64,000 bases of DNA, from the NCBI GenBank assembly GCA_020632445.1, contig JACKFN010000003.1:17118-81117 (forward strand), given 5' to 3'. The position numbers and the translations under genes were made by a program. This document shows positions 11,174 through 21,294 of the stretch, piece by piece. The notes under the pieces are model-generated. The model made no database searches and was not told the origin of the DNA. It was given only the letters and a program-made list of their open reading frames with translations. Every line of letters starts with the position of its first letter. Position 1 is the stretch's first letter. Source of the stretch: Candidatus Nomurabacteria bacterium (lineage in GTDB: Bacteria > Patescibacteriota > Patescibacteriia > Magasanikbacterales > UBA922).

Positions 11174-12394
11174 ATGAAAATCCTCCAGATTCACAAGTTT
11201 TTTTATCCAAAAGATGGAGCCACCAACCATATGCTCTTTCTTTCTGATTTACTCAGAGAATCCGGACACGATGTTATTCCATTTTCTACCAAATCAGAGA
11301 AGAATCTCTCTACGCCATATGAGAAGTATTTTGTTGACTATACAGACTTGCGCGCAGATGAGCAGGGGAGTATATGGCAAAGATGTATAAAAGCAAAGCA
11401 GTTTATCGTGAATCGTCAGGCTCAAAAAAATATTCGGCAATTATTTAAGGACGAAAAAATTGATGTTGCGCATGTTCACAATATTTATCATCATATTACA
11501 CCGGTTATCCTGGAAGAACTTCGGCGTGCACATGTGCCGATTATCATGACCCTTCATGATCTCAAGCTTATTAGTCCGAACTACTTGATGTATCATCATG
11601 GGGCGATACACGAAGAAGATGCTCGTGGATGGTACATGAGCTGTGTAAAGAATAAATGCATCGCTGATAGCAGAGCAAAAAGCGTTCTTGCCGTGGCCGA
11701 AATGGTTTATGCGCACAAGATCAAGAAGTATTATGCCAAATACGTTGACACTTTTATCAGCCCGAGTCAGTTTTTGATGGACAAGTGCGTGCAGTATGGC
11801 TGGCAAAAGAGGCGATTTCGTCACCTTCAGCATCCTACGGATCTTTCATCAGAGATCCACAAACATAAGGCTGGTGGATTTGTTATGTATTTTGGGAGAA
11901 TAAGCGAAGAAAAGGGGATTGATGTTTTGATTGATGCCGCCAGGCTTTCACCAAAGCTCAAGTTCAAGATCGTAGGTGACGGTCCTCTTTTGGAGCATTT
12001 CAAGTTGGTCACCAGACGTGACGGACTTCAAAATATTGAGTTTATGGGTTTTCAAACAGGAAAAGAGCTTGAAAAGCTCCAGCAGCAGGCCACGATCGTG
12101 TGTCTTCCTTCGGTGTGTTATGAAAATTATCCACTGAGTATCTTGGAGGCAAAAGCAAGGGGAAAAGTGGTTATTGCCAGCAATTCTGGGGGGATACCTG
12201 AACTTTTGCCTGGGGAATACCTTTTTGAGCGTGGAAATAGCCTTGATCTTGCTAAAAAGCTTAAAATATGGTATGGTAAGAAGCCTCAAATACTCGATCA
12301 GGTAGGCAAGGCAATGCGCGCTGACGTGGAGAAGAATAATGATCCACAGGCATATATCAAAAAATTAGAAAAGGTTTATGCAAAAAGCGGATAA
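11174..12394 (+). CDS. glycosyltransferase family 4 (GT-B fold)
   Basis: C-terminal ...EEKGIDVLIDAARL...KIVGDGP...SVCYENYPLSILEAKARGKVVIASNSGGIPELL typical of GT4/GT1 enzymes. Confidence 0.8.
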   Translation: MKILQIHKFFYPKDGATNHMLFLSDLLRESGHDVIPFSTKSEKNLSTPYEKYFVDYTDLRADEQGSIWQRCIKAKQFIVNRQAQKNIRQLFKDEKIDVAHVHNIYHHITPVILEELRRAHVPIIMTLHDLKLISPNYLMYHHGAIHEEDARGWYMSCVKNKCIADSRAKSVLAVAEMVYAHKIKKYYAKYVDTFISPSQFLMDKCVQYGWQKRRFRHLQHPTDLSSEIHKHKAGGFVMYFGRISEEKGIDVLIDAARLSPKLKFKIVGDGPLLEHFKLVTRRDGLQNIEFMGFQTGKELEKLQQQATIVCLPSVCYENYPLSILEAKARGKVVIASNSGGIPELLPGEYLFERGNSLDLAKKLKIWYGKKPQILDQVGKAMRADVEKNNDPQAYIKKLEKVYAKSG

Positions 12395-14357
12395 GTCCAC
12401 TTTGAAAAAAAACATGCTTTGTTATGCAAGAAGAGCAGCTCTCTTCTTATTTTGTATGGTCATGGTATTTGGAATCTCCGTTCCGGTGAGCGCACAGACT
12501 TTTCCCAAGAAAGCCAATTATTTTCTAAACTGGGAGCTTACACAGCTGCAAGCCAAGGAACTCGCCAAATGGGATTTGGTCATTTTGGATCAGGAGATCG
12601 GAGCAAAATGGCCACAGCATATTCAGTACATGCGCCAGCTCAATCCAAACATTAAAATTGTTGCTTACATGGCGCCTTTTGAAGTCCCGGTGAAGCACTA
12701 TGCATCTCGTTCACGTTTGCGCAGATATTTTGGTGCAGGTTTGCAGCAGAATTGGTATTTGCGTGATATACATGGGCGCAGGATGAGTTTTTGGCAAGGT
12801 ACTGATTTGATGAATATTACTGATGATCAATATCGCAAGTATGTGCTTGATTTTGTACAAAATCAATTTTACGCAACCGGTATTTGGGATGGAGTCTTTT
12901 TTGATAATGCGTGGGCAGACACGCACTGGTATATCAAAGACGGTGCAGACCTTGATCTTGATGGGCAACCAGATCTCAGAAGGGATATAGACGAGGCGTG
13001 GAGAATGGCACTTTATGATTTATTTGAACAGACACGATTGAAAACCGACAAAGATTTTATCATATTGGCCAATGGTCTTACCGATGCCTATTATGGTCCT
13101 CTTGATGGTTTGATGGTGGAAAGTTTGGAGACGCATGATTGGAATCAAGCAATGAGCGCATACACGCGTAATTTGAACGGAAAAAAAGTGGGTATTATTA
13201 ACAACAATACACAAAATTCTGGTAGGCAAGATGACTATCGCGCCATGCGATTTGGGCTCACCAGTGCACTTTTGGCCGATGGGTACTATAGCTTTGACCA
13301 TGGGGATCAGTGGCATGGACAGACTTGGTGGTATGATGAATATGATGTTCTACTTGGAATCAGCAATGGACCTGCTGGAAATTTTGTGGGTGAGCCAGAG
13401 TATAGTCAGGCGGTGTGGGTCCGTGAGTTTCAAAATGGTGTTGTCGTCGTCAATGCCACTGATGAAAAGCAGACAGTTGAACTTTCACAGGATTTTGAAA
13501 AGATCCAAGGTGGACAGGATCCTACCGTGAATGATGGTTCTATTGTTTCACAGATTGTTATTGATCCAAAAGACGGTTTGGTAATGCGAAAATTGGTTTC
13601 TGATGCGGCAATAGAGGATATTGTGTATGATAATGGCTCGTTTGCCCGATTTTTTGAAGATAGCGGTGAAAAAAGTAGAAATGGTTTTTTTGTATTTGAC
13701 GAGCGGTTCGAAGGGGGAGACAAGATAGGTGAAATTGATGTAAACGGAGATTCTCAAAGAGATTTCGTCCATGTAACCGGCAATGCTCTCGAGGTTATAA
13801 GACACGACGGTCAGAAGTTTTTTAAAAAATTTCCGTATGGTTTTGAGTATGAAGATGGTTTTGAGGTATTGGTTGCAGATATTCTCGGTGATGATGGTAA
13901 AAAAGAATTTGTTATTGTTCCCGGCGCAGGAAGCGAAAAGCCTGTCGTTGTGTATGGTTACTCTGGGTCTGTTTTGAAAAGTGATTGGTATCCATTTGGA
14001 AGTCAGTATGCTAAGTCATATTTGGCAACTTCCTACCAGGGTGGGTTACTCTTTGCAGATGAAAGTAAAGGATCACTTGGTTTGTATTATCAAAACGGTA
14101 TAGATTTCAAGGAATTGAAGCTTTTACAAACGAAAGGAATAGTAGATATTCATCAAATGAAAGATGGAAATTTGGTTCTCGCTCGATATGAGTCTGGATA
14201 TGTATACATTGATGTATATGGAAATGATTTGCAAAAACTATCATCAACCCAAGCTCTCAAGACAAATACCATTGCTGATATAGACATCAAATCGCTCGAT
14301 ATAGATTTTGACGGTGAAGAAGAGGTTGTTCTGTTTGGTGGGGGAGTTAGTTTTTAG
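12378..14357 (+). CDS. secreted glycoside-hydrolase-like protein (TIM-barrel GHL/GH114-like N-terminal region) with C-terminal FG-GAP/VCBS-like repeats
   Basis: Signal peptide (true start may be M at ~12414: MLCYARRAALFLFCMVMVFGISVPVSAQ); NWELTQ..WDLVILD..IKIVAYM pattern resembles GH114/PelA-type hydrolase folds; DVNGDSQRDFV, DILGDDGKKEFV, DFDGEEEVV repeats. Confidence 0.4.
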   Translation: MQKADKSTLKKNMLCYARRAALFLFCMVMVFGISVPVSAQTFPKKANYFLNWELTQLQAKELAKWDLVILDQEIGAKWPQHIQYMRQLNPNIKIVAYMAPFEVPVKHYASRSRLRRYFGAGLQQNWYLRDIHGRRMSFWQGTDLMNITDDQYRKYVLDFVQNQFYATGIWDGVFFDNAWADTHWYIKDGADLDLDGQPDLRRDIDEAWRMALYDLFEQTRLKTDKDFIILANGLTDAYYGPLDGLMVESLETHDWNQAMSAYTRNLNGKKVGIINNNTQNSGRQDDYRAMRFGLTSALLADGYYSFDHGDQWHGQTWWYDEYDVLLGISNGPAGNFVGEPEYSQAVWVREFQNGVVVVNATDEKQTVELSQDFEKIQGGQDPTVNDGSIVSQIVIDPKDGLVMRKLVSDAAIEDIVYDNGSFARFFEDSGEKSRNGFFVFDERFEGGDKIGEIDVNGDSQRDFVHVTGNALEVIRHDGQKFFKKFPYGFEYEDGFEVLVADILGDDGKKEFVIVPGAGSEKPVVVYGYSGSVLKSDWYPFGSQYAKSYLATSYQGGLLFADESKGSLGLYYQNGIDFKELKLLQTKGIVDIHQMKDGNLVLARYESGYVYIDVYGNDLQKLSSTQALKTNTIADIDIKSLDIDFDGEEEVVLFGGGVSF

Positions 14358-14919
14358 GTTTATTTATGGTACAAACTCCTCCTGGACAGGCCGGACGATA
14401 ATCCGGTTCTTTTAGTATACTTGCTCTGATGAGCCCATAGTATATTTTACAACCAACACATATGCCAAAGCTGGTTTCGAGCCACATAAAGGTTAGACAA
14501 ATGAGACAGACAGTAAGGTTGATTGGGCCACGTACATCAAAGATAAATAGCAGAAGTATCATGAGACTCGATAGTGCAACACCAATAGACCATGCAAATC
14601 TTTTTTGTACCGCACCAACCCATTCAGGTTTTTGTCCACGTATTAGAATTCTTGCGAGGATCGCAATAGGGGAGAGGGTGATTCCAAAAAAAACTCTCCA
14701 GCTGAAATCGAGAAAAAATAAGACGACGACAACCTTGAGCGGCAAAAAATTTTGCTGAAAAAACGCAAATGAAAAGGCCACAATCCCAAATACGAACATG
14801 ATGCCAGCAATGGCACGTACTTCACGGTCATTCATGACCGGATAGGGGGCATCTTGACCATCGATAGTTAATCCTGGGATCACTTTTCCAAAAGTGAAGT
14901 ATTTTTCTTTGAGAGACAT
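14347..14919 (-). CDS. Cys-motif integral membrane protein (DUF4395-like), second gene of csoR operon
   Basis: 190 aa, four TM helices, CVGC and CPGGVC motifs; start codon overlaps csoR stop (14919/14921). Confidence 0.5.
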   Translation of the reverse strand: MSLKEKYFTFGKVIPGLTIDGQDAPYPVMNDREVRAIAGIMFVFGIVAFSFAFFQQNFLPLKVVVVLFFLDFSWRVFFGITLSPIAILARILIRGQKPEWVGAVQKRFAWSIGVALSSLMILLLFIFDVRGPINLTVCLICLTFMWLETSFGICVGCKIYYGLIRASILKEPDYRPACPGGVCTINKPKN

Positions 14920-14920
14920 A

Positions 14921-15178
14921 TTAGAGTTTTATGAGAGAGTCAATGGTTTTTGAAAGTTTTTGGTGCATGACTTTTTTACTGTGTCTTTGGGTAAAGCAGC
15001 GGTTCATGTACAAATGGAGGTAGGCCCGGGCAAATCCTTTGAGAGCTTGTATAATGGTTTTCGTTTGGCGGATGATTTCTGTGCAGTCAGTTTGTTTTTC
15101 AGTTTCCAGTGTGTTTTTGAGAGCATGCAGTTGGCCCTCAATTCTTGAAAGCCGGTGGATGAGTTTTTTTGTTTCCAT
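14921..15178 (-). CDS. CsoR/RcnR/FrmR family metal-sensing transcriptional repressor
   Basis: METKKLIHRLSRIEGQLHALKNTLE...C.E.. : canonical CsoR-family helix and Cys/His positions; start taken at METKK so the operator lies upstream (ORF track begins 24 nt earlier). Confidence 0.75.
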   Translation of the reverse strand: METKKLIHRLSRIEGQLHALKNTLETEKQTDCTEIIRQTKTIIQALKGFARAYLHLYMNRCFTQRHSKKVMHQKLSKTIDSLIKL

Positions 15179-15184
15179 AGGATG

Positions 15185-15220
15185 TCTTGTTAATATACCC
15201 ATATGGGTATATTAACAAGA
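15185..15220. promoter_or_regulatory. perfect 36-bp palindrome (tcttgttaatatacccat|atgggtatattaacaaga), CsoR-type operator overlapping -10
   Basis: ATACCC-N4-GGGTAT core matches CsoR operator architecture; minus-strand TTGCAT-17-TAATAT promoter overlaps it. Confidence 0.6.
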
Positions 15221-15245
15221 CATGGAGGATGATGCAATTGTGGAT

Positions 15246-15277
15246 AAAAAACACACCGTCTCGGCGGTGTGTTTGTG
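15246..15277. terminator. bidirectional terminator between csoR promoter region and typA
   Basis: aaaaaacacaccg-tctcgg-cggtgtgtttgt, 8-bp stem with flanking A/T runs. Confidence 0.55.
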
Positions 15278-15288
15278 TGTATTCTTTG

Positions 15289-17076
15289 TTACTTTTTCCT
15301 GCCTGCCCGTTTTCGATCGTTTTCCGTAAGGTGCTGCTTTCTGATACGAATCGAAAGTGGTGTGATTTCGAGATATTCATCTTCGTCCATGATCTCCATG
15401 CCTCGCTCAAGGGTAATTTTCAATGGAGGAGTAAGGTTCAGGGCATCATCAGCTCCACTGGCACGCATGTTAGTGAGTTGCTTTCCCTTGATTGGGTTGA
15501 CCACCATATCTTCTCCTTTGGCAACATTTCCAATCACCATACCTTCATACACGTCAGTACCTGGTTCAATGTAGAGTACCCCACGGTCCTGGAGATTGGC
15601 GAGTGAGTATCCAAGGGCTTTTCCTGTTTCCATGGAAATCATAGAACCAACATGGCGTTTTTCGATGTCACCGACATGCGGACGAAATCCTATCGTTTGA
15701 CTCGACATAATCCCTTCTCCTTTGGTATCCATAATAAACTGCCCACGGTATCCGAGAAGCCCACGTGAAGGAATTTCAAAAATCATACGAGTTTGACCAT
15801 GGTGGCTGCCCATGTGAGTCATGTTTCCTTTTCTCTTTCCCATTTTTTCAATGACCGTTCCAGAAAATGCTTCTGGTACATCGATGGTGACTTCTTCAAA
15901 CGGTTCGCTTTTGACTCCATCAATATCTTTGATGATAACCTGCGGTTGACTGACCTGAATTTCAAATCCTTCACGACGCATTTGTTCAAGCAAAATGGCA
16001 ATGTGAAGTTCTCCACGACCAAATGCTTCAAACTTATCTGAGTGGCTAAAGTCAACGCGTAGACCTACATTGACTTCCAGTTCTTTTTCAAGGCGTTCTT
16101 TAATTTGTCTGGTTGTCACAAATTTTCCTTCTTTTCCGGCAAATGGAGAGTTGTTGACCAAAAAGTTCATGGCAATGGTTGGTTCATCAACACGGATAGC
16201 TGGAAGGGGCTCTTGATTGGCATTTTGACAAATGGTTTCTCCAATATCAATGTCAGCAATACCTGCGAGCATTACGATATCTCCTGCGAATGCTTCCTTT
16301 ACTTCGATAGTTTCAAAACCTTTGAACTGTTGCAGTTTGGTGATAGCGCTGGTTCGAGTTTCTCCATCTGGTGTTCTAATAAAAACCTTATCACCAACTT
16401 TTACGGTTCCTTCGTAGATGCGACCAATAGCAAGACGTCCAACGAAGTCGTCATATCCAAGGTTAAATGGTTGCATGCGAAATGGCGCTGCCGTGTCATG
16501 TGGAGCTTGTGGAACATGCTCAAGGATCATATCCAGGAGTGGTGTCATGTCTTGGCTGTCATCTTCGAGGGATTTTTTGGCAATTCCTTGCTTTCCAATC
16601 GCATAACAGGTAGGGAAGTCAAGTTGCTCATCATTGGCACCCAGGTCCATGAAGAGTTCGAGTACTTCATCATGTGCTTCTTGTGGTCGGGCGGCCGGTT
16701 TATCAATCTTATTAAGGACGACAAGAGGACGCAAGCCAAGCTCAAGGCTTTTTTTCAAAACAAATTTGGTTTGTGGCATCGGACCTTCTTGCGCATCTAC
16801 GACCAGAATCACTGAGTCAATAGAGCGTAGAACACGTTCTACCTCTGACCCAAAGTCCGCATGTCCAGGAGTATCAACGATATTGATTTTGGTGTCATTA
16901 TAATAAAGAGTTGTGTTTTTGGCGTAAATCGTAATACCACGCTCTTGTTCGAGCGCGTTATTATCCATACTTTGGTTATCGTCACCCACCATACCGGTTT
17001 GGCGCAAAAGTGCGTCGGTAAGGGTGGTTTTTCCGTGGTCTACGTGGGCGATGATGGCAATGTTTCGAATATCCAT
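15289..17076 (-). CDS. typA: translational GTPase TypA/BipA
   Basis: [24 protein letters not shown]...DTPGHADF...[10 protein letters not shown]... diagnostic of BipA. Real start at MDIRN; the ORF track extends 16 codons upstream. Confidence 0.9.
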   Translation of the reverse strand: MDIRNIAIIAHVDHGKTTLTDALLRQTGMVGDDNQSMDNNALEQERGITIYAKNTTLYYNDTKINIVDTPGHADFGSEVERVLRSIDSVILVVDAQEGPMPQTKFVLKKSLELGLRPLVVLNKIDKPAARPQEAHDEVLELFMDLGANDEQLDFPTCYAIGKQGIAKKSLEDDSQDMTPLLDMILEHVPQAPHDTAAPFRMQPFNLGYDDFVGRLAIGRIYEGTVKVGDKVFIRTPDGETRTSAITKLQQFKGFETIEVKEAFAGDIVMLAGIADIDIGETICQNANQEPLPAIRVDEPTIAMNFLVNNSPFAGKEGKFVTTRQIKERLEKELEVNVGLRVDFSHSDKFEAFGRGELHIAILLEQMRREGFEIQVSQPQVIIKDIDGVKSEPFEEVTIDVPEAFSGTVIEKMGKRKGNMTHMGSHHGQTRMIFEIPSRGLLGYRGQFIMDTKGEGIMSSQTIGFRPHVGDIEKRHVGSMISMETGKALGYSLANLQDRGVLYIEPGTDVYEGMVIGNVAKGEDMVVNPIKGKQLTNMRASGADDALNLTPPLKITLERGMEIMDEDEYLEITPLSIRIRKQHLTENDRKRAGRKK

Positions 17077-17171
17077 AAAATTGAGTCTAAAAACCTCCCT
17101 ATGGGGAGGAATCCGATGGCGCAAGTATATAGGAAGGATTCGTTTTTGTCAATGGTCGAGCTCCTGTTATT

Positions 17172-18437
17172 TTAGGAGAGTTCAACGAGAACGAGAGGGA
17201 TGTCTTCTGGTAAAGGTATGTGGCTTGGCTCTGTACCTTTATGGAAGATTTTCCAGAGTTTGGGTACTTCATTGAGTATACACGTGTCTTCGTATGGAGA
17301 AGGGGAGATAGCCGCAATGTTTGGCACGAGCGTCCTTTCTCTCAATGCAAAATACTTTTTGGTAATATGATGCTCCTCACGAAGTTGCATAATATACCAC
17401 TCTTTACTCCATTTTTCGATATTTTTTTGTGAAACTACACGAAAAGCTTCTACTTGAAGTTCAGGAATAGGAATCATGCCGAGCACAGATTTGTGTGAAA
17501 GGAGACCAGGTTGAATCGTTTCTCCCCAAAAATTAAAGTCTCCGCCATAGCCATACACGTGATCATCGTAGTCTCTGGCGATATTCATAACCTCCTGGGC
17601 AAGTCGGTACGCAAGGGCGCTGTTGCGGTGTCCTTTTTTGTATGATTGCAATAGGAATGAAGTGTATTTACGTGGTTGTTTTCCGATATCTCCAAATCCA
17701 CCCCATGGATTGACTACGGCACCCCCAATAAGTTCATCATTGGCATTATAGATATGAATCATTTTCATATCATCCATTTTACTCCCTGATAAAAAAATTT
17801 TTGGATAAAAAATGCCAAAGCCATTTTCGCGCTCAGCCACTTCTTGCTCGTAAATGGGAAGCCAGGCAGAAAAGCTTTCTCTGGTCATGGGAAGAATTTC
17901 AAATCGGTATTCTTCGGATTTTTTGACATAGTAGCGAGCTTTTTTGGCTCTTCGGGCAGGAAGGTATTCCCATGGTTCAAGTTTGCTTCCAACTTTGGCA
18001 TACCAGCGTACCATTTCAGATCTGAGAAAAAAACCTTGCTCCTTGAGCTGAACCCAGAGTTTTTTTGTCGGTTGCGCGATACTGAGTGTTGTTGGCTGTA
18101 CTATTTCGAGGAGTTTTTGTTCTCTTTCGCTGGAATACTGATCGGGAAGTATCGTAAGGTGGATGAGTCCGCAGGGGGTTACACAAAGATGTGCTATTGC
18201 GATGTCCTGCTGCAAAAGAACAATGTTACCGACTTGGTTTTTTACACACCATGGAACCGTGTCTCTGTGAAAGTCGTCTAGTGAAAATCGCACTTCTTTG
18301 ACATGATGATCATTTTCAAAAGCGTTTTTGTCTATCCATGATTGTATATTAATGTTTTGTATTTCAAAATCGACCAGTGGGGCAGCATATATTGACTTTG
18401 GGGTATAAAAAGGGAGTTGTCCAAGGTTAAATGACAT
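17172..18437 (-). CDS. hypothetical protein (421 aa)
   Basis: Long intact ORF with good coding appearance; no motif I can name confidently. Confidence 0.45.
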   Translation of the reverse strand: MSFNLGQLPFYTPKSIYAAPLVDFEIQNINIQSWIDKNAFENDHHVKEVRFSLDDFHRDTVPWCVKNQVGNIVLLQQDIAIAHLCVTPCGLIHLTILPDQYSSEREQKLLEIVQPTTLSIAQPTKKLWVQLKEQGFFLRSEMVRWYAKVGSKLEPWEYLPARRAKKARYYVKKSEEYRFEILPMTRESFSAWLPIYEQEVAERENGFGIFYPKIFLSGSKMDDMKMIHIYNANDELIGGAVVNPWGGFGDIGKQPRKYTSFLLQSYKKGHRNSALAYRLAQEVMNIARDYDDHVYGYGGDFNFWGETIQPGLLSHKSVLGMIPIPELQVEAFRVVSQKNIEKWSKEWYIMQLREEHHITKKYFALRERTLVPNIAAISPSPYEDTCILNEVPKLWKIFHKGTEPSHIPLPEDIPLVLVELS

Positions 18438-18443
18438 AGCATC

Positions 18444-18725
18444 CTATGCTGCGTGAGAGATATCTGAAGGAAACATTTTGTGGTATTCCTTGACCAGTGC
18501 TTTTGCAATTTGTGAGGTGTCTGTTGTAGAAGACAACATTGTTTGACCTTCTTCACTTTGCAAAAACGATTCGAACCATGACGCTCCACCAGAGTGGATC
18601 CATTCCTCAATCGCTTTGTTTGTGTCAGGTTCTTCAAGCAACCCAAGCATTTCAAGCGTGGCTATTTGTATTTCATTTTTTCTGCGAAGTTGGTGTTCGT
18701 TGTAGGTGGGATTTTCCAGGTTCAT
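18444..18725 (-). CDS. small hypothetical protein (93 aa)
   Basis: ORF immediately upstream of, and co-oriented with, 17172-18437. Confidence 0.35.
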   Translation of the reverse strand: MNLENPTYNEHQLRRKNEIQIATLEMLGLLEEPDTNKAIEEWIHSGGASWFESFLQSEEGQTMLSSTTDTSQIAKALVKEYHKMFPSDISHAA

Positions 18726-18776
18726 AGGAGTTTGAATTTGCGTTTTGCTGTCTACATCATCGACACGTTGATGTAG

Positions 18777-19241
18777 CTATTCAAAGTATTCACGTAGTGC
18801 CTGTGCGTGGAATTTTCTCTCTTCAGGTGTGGAGCGTTTGGCTTTCCATAATTCTGTTTCAAAGTTGTCATCTTCAAACCGAGGAAAAACATGCATATGG
18901 TAGTGGAACGCGTGTTGGCCGCCAGCAGGCTCATTATGCTGCGTTATCGTGACGCCATCAACATTCCGTATCTCTTTGAGTGCGATAGCTATTTTTTTGG
19001 ACAAATCCATTATCCTGTGACCAACTCCTTGTGGAAGGTTGTATAGATTTTCGTGGTGCTCTAATGGAACAATAAGGGGATGCGCTTCGCTGCCAAGTAC
19101 TGATTTTGAGCTAATAAATCCCATTACTAGGTCGTCTCGATAAAAGATGTCATCTTGGACGATCCAAGTATCTTCATTTTCGATTCCTTGAATAGCAATA
19201 CAGATGGGGCAGTTATAGTCGCTTGGAGCAGCGTTGTACAT
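18777..19241 (-). CDS. HIT (histidine triad) family nucleotide hydrolase/transferase
   Basis: C-terminal AFHYHMHVFPR = HxHxHxx histidine triad. Confidence 0.8.
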   Translation of the reverse strand: MYNAAPSDYNCPICIAIQGIENEDTWIVQDDIFYRDDLVMGFISSKSVLGSEAHPLIVPLEHHENLYNLPQGVGHRIMDLSKKIAIALKEIRNVDGVTITQHNEPAGGQHAFHYHMHVFPRFEDDNFETELWKAKRSTPEERKFHAQALREYFE

Positions 19242-19310
19242 AAGAGTAGAGTTGTTAGGTTACTTTTATCTGAGTATAGCAAAATAGCTTTCCAGTTAAA
19301 ACCTCGTTTG

Positions 19311-19460
19311 CGGGTACAAACAAAGGAAAAATAAAAACCGCATATTACAGCGATTTTTTTGTTTGAAAAAGGTGGAGCCGAGCGAAGGAGGATGTAGAAC
19401 TGAGCATAGGCGATTTAGTCACCTATTGCTCTGTATTCCAAGTTCATAAGTTCACTTTTT
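19311..19460. repeat. cassette module copy 1 (terminator + promoter intergenic repeat)
   Basis: aaaaaccgcatattacagcgattttttt ... ggagccgagcgaaggaggatgtagaactg ... aagttcataagttcac; supplies promoter to HIT gene. Confidence 0.75.
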
Positions 19461-19539
19461 TGTAGCAGTAATTCAGTGAAATAAAAATTCTTCTTTGTTC
19501 GTGGTTTACTGCCATGGCTTTCAATTAAATACATTGACC

Positions 19540-19568
19540 TTGACAATTTACCTGAAATAAGGTATAAA
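19540..19568 (+). promoter_or_regulatory. sigma70 promoter TTGACA-17-TATAAA for 19705 gene
   Basis: TTGACA 19540-45, 17-nt spacer, TATAAA 19563-68. Confidence 0.45.
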
Positions 19569-19704
19569 AGTGGCTTAGCAATAAGAGCGATTAGAGAATA
19601 GTATTAAAAGTCGATTTGTAGTACTCTTATAAAGAGAATGAATATCATTTTCCTTAATAAGACAGTGTTACATACTTAATTTTGACTCGTAGACAATAAA
19701 CAAT

Positions 19705-20352
19705 ATGGCAGGTTATACTAAATTTGGCAGAGGTCGCTCAACTGGTTCTGGTGGAGGAAGAAGAAATTCTGGTGAAAGAAGAAGTTTTGGGAGTAGAAGA
19801 GATTCAGGAGGAAGACGAGATTTTGGGGAGAGAAGTAATTTTGATAAGCACAAGTTTTCGGCCACTTGTGGTGACTGTGGAAATCGTTGCGAGGTGCCGT
19901 TTAAGCCAACAGGAAAATTTCCTGTGTATTGTTCGGACTGCTTTAAAGGACAATCAGGTGGAAAAGAAAAGTCTTCATTTTCATCATCAAGAAACTTTGG
20001 AACAGATGGTGGTTATTCAAAACGTGATGGAGGGCAAAAAAGATTTGAGAAAAAATTTGAGGCTCCAAAGTCAAGCGGTATATCACAAAAGCAGTTTGAT
20101 AGCCTACATGATAAGCTTGATAAAATTTTAGAGCAAGTGAGAAATTTGGAGAAACAAATTCACGAAGAAAAACAGGTTATGCCTGACGAAGAATCTTCAT
20201 CAAAGAAGACGGTAGAGAAAAAAATCAAGGAAGAAAAGCCAAAGAAAGCAGCAAAAAAGAAAGTCGCGACAAAAAAAACAGTGGCAAAAAAGTCCGCTGC
20301 CAAGAAAGTGACAAAGAAAAAAGCTGTCGCCCATAAGACAAAAAAGAAGTAA
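19705..20352 (+). CDS. RGG-rich / zinc-ribbon / Lys-rich (histone H1-like tail) putative nucleic-acid-binding protein
   Basis: N-terminal RGRSTGSGGGRR..GGRRDFGER, CGDCGNRC...CSDC zinc ribbon, C-terminal KKAAKKKVATKKTVAKKSAAKK. Confidence 0.55.
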   Translation: MAGYTKFGRGRSTGSGGGRRNSGERRSFGSRRDSGGRRDFGERSNFDKHKFSATCGDCGNRCEVPFKPTGKFPVYCSDCFKGQSGGKEKSSFSSSRNFGTDGGYSKRDGGQKRFEKKFEAPKSSGISQKQFDSLHDKLDKILEQVRNLEKQIHEEKQVMPDEESSSKKTVEKKIKEEKPKKAAKKKVATKKTVAKKSAAKKVTKKKAVAHKTKKK

Positions 20353-20466
20353 GTGATAAAAAGTGAAGCGGAAAAACCACCGATAATCGGTGGTTTTTTG
20401 ATATTGAGCCGAGTAACGGAGTATGTGAGAACAGGTAAGCTACCATAGCCCTTAAGATTTTCTCTG

Positions 20467-20979
20467 CTAGGTGCTCTTGTGAATCTTTATGTACTTTGCT
20501 TCCTCTACTTTTTTCTCAAGACCTTCTTCGTGGGTGTATTTGAACTCAGATCCATCCTTGGACGTAAATGTAAAGTCTGCACCTCGGTAGTCTCTCGAGT
20601 CTGCTTCATAGGATTTTACGATAGAGCAAAAAATAGCGGTCCTCTCACATATTTTTACCTCTACGACCAAGAAGAGGCCTGTTTCTTCGAAATGGTAGGT
20701 GTCATTTCCGTCTGTGTATTTTTCTGTTGTAGTTGCCATATCGAAGAGCAGAACAATAAACAAACTGTAAACCAAGAGTAACAGTGCTGGGATGAGCCAC
20801 AATAGACGGATGCCTCTTTTTTTGTAAGAGAATAGGGCGTAGCTTAAAAAAATGACAATAGGCGTAGTCCATGACAAAAAAGACGCAACTGGTGGTATGA
20901 ATAGATATGAAAAGGACTTTCCTGTGTAGGTAAGAATGAAAAAGAAGAGGACGATCTCAATGATTGGTGTAGATTTCAT
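20467..20979 (-). CDS. membrane protein, hypothetical
   Basis: 170 aa, two to three N-terminal TM helices then soluble acidic domain. Confidence 0.45.
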   Translation of the reverse strand: MKSTPIIEIVLFFFILTYTGKSFSYLFIPPVASFLSWTTPIVIFLSYALFSYKKRGIRLLWLIPALLLLVYSLFIVLLFDMATTTEKYTDGNDTYHFEETGLFLVVEVKICERTAIFCSIVKSYEADSRDYRGADFTFTSKDGSEFKYTHEEGLEKKVEEAKYIKIHKST

Positions 20980-21039
20980 AGGTGTTTTAGGTATACTGTA
21001 TACTTTTGTATATGGTTTGTCTATACGTTGTAAACTGGA

Positions 21040-21175
21040 CTATTGGTGCAATAAAAAACAAAAACCGCTTATTACAGCGATTTTTTCATTTGAAAAACGG
21101 GGAGCCGAGTGGAGAAGGATGTTAGAACTGGGAATGGGGGATTGGGGAGGTTATTGCCACACCTAACGAGTTCAT
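21040..21175. repeat. cassette module copy 2
   Basis: caaaaaccgcttattacagcgattttttcatttgaaaaacggggagccgagtggagaaggatgttagaactggg...ttattgccacacctaacgagttcatgaagttca. Confidence 0.8.
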
Positions 21176-21294
21176 GAAGTTCATACGCTCATCCCAGCCA
21201 TGCTCAGTTGAAAATGAGTTTTCAATAGAGCATGAAGGGGTGATGTGACATGTCAGCCTTGGCGGGGTGGGCCGACATGCTTCTTCGTGATGGG

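Noticed and set aside
12419-12655. 78-aa ORF inside the start of the hydrolase-like gene
   Set aside because: Alternative frame within a longer, better-supported ORF.
15187-15606. 139-aa plus-strand ORF starting in the csoR operator
   Set aside because: Lies antisense to the typA 3' end and to the terminator. No RBS. Considered spurious.
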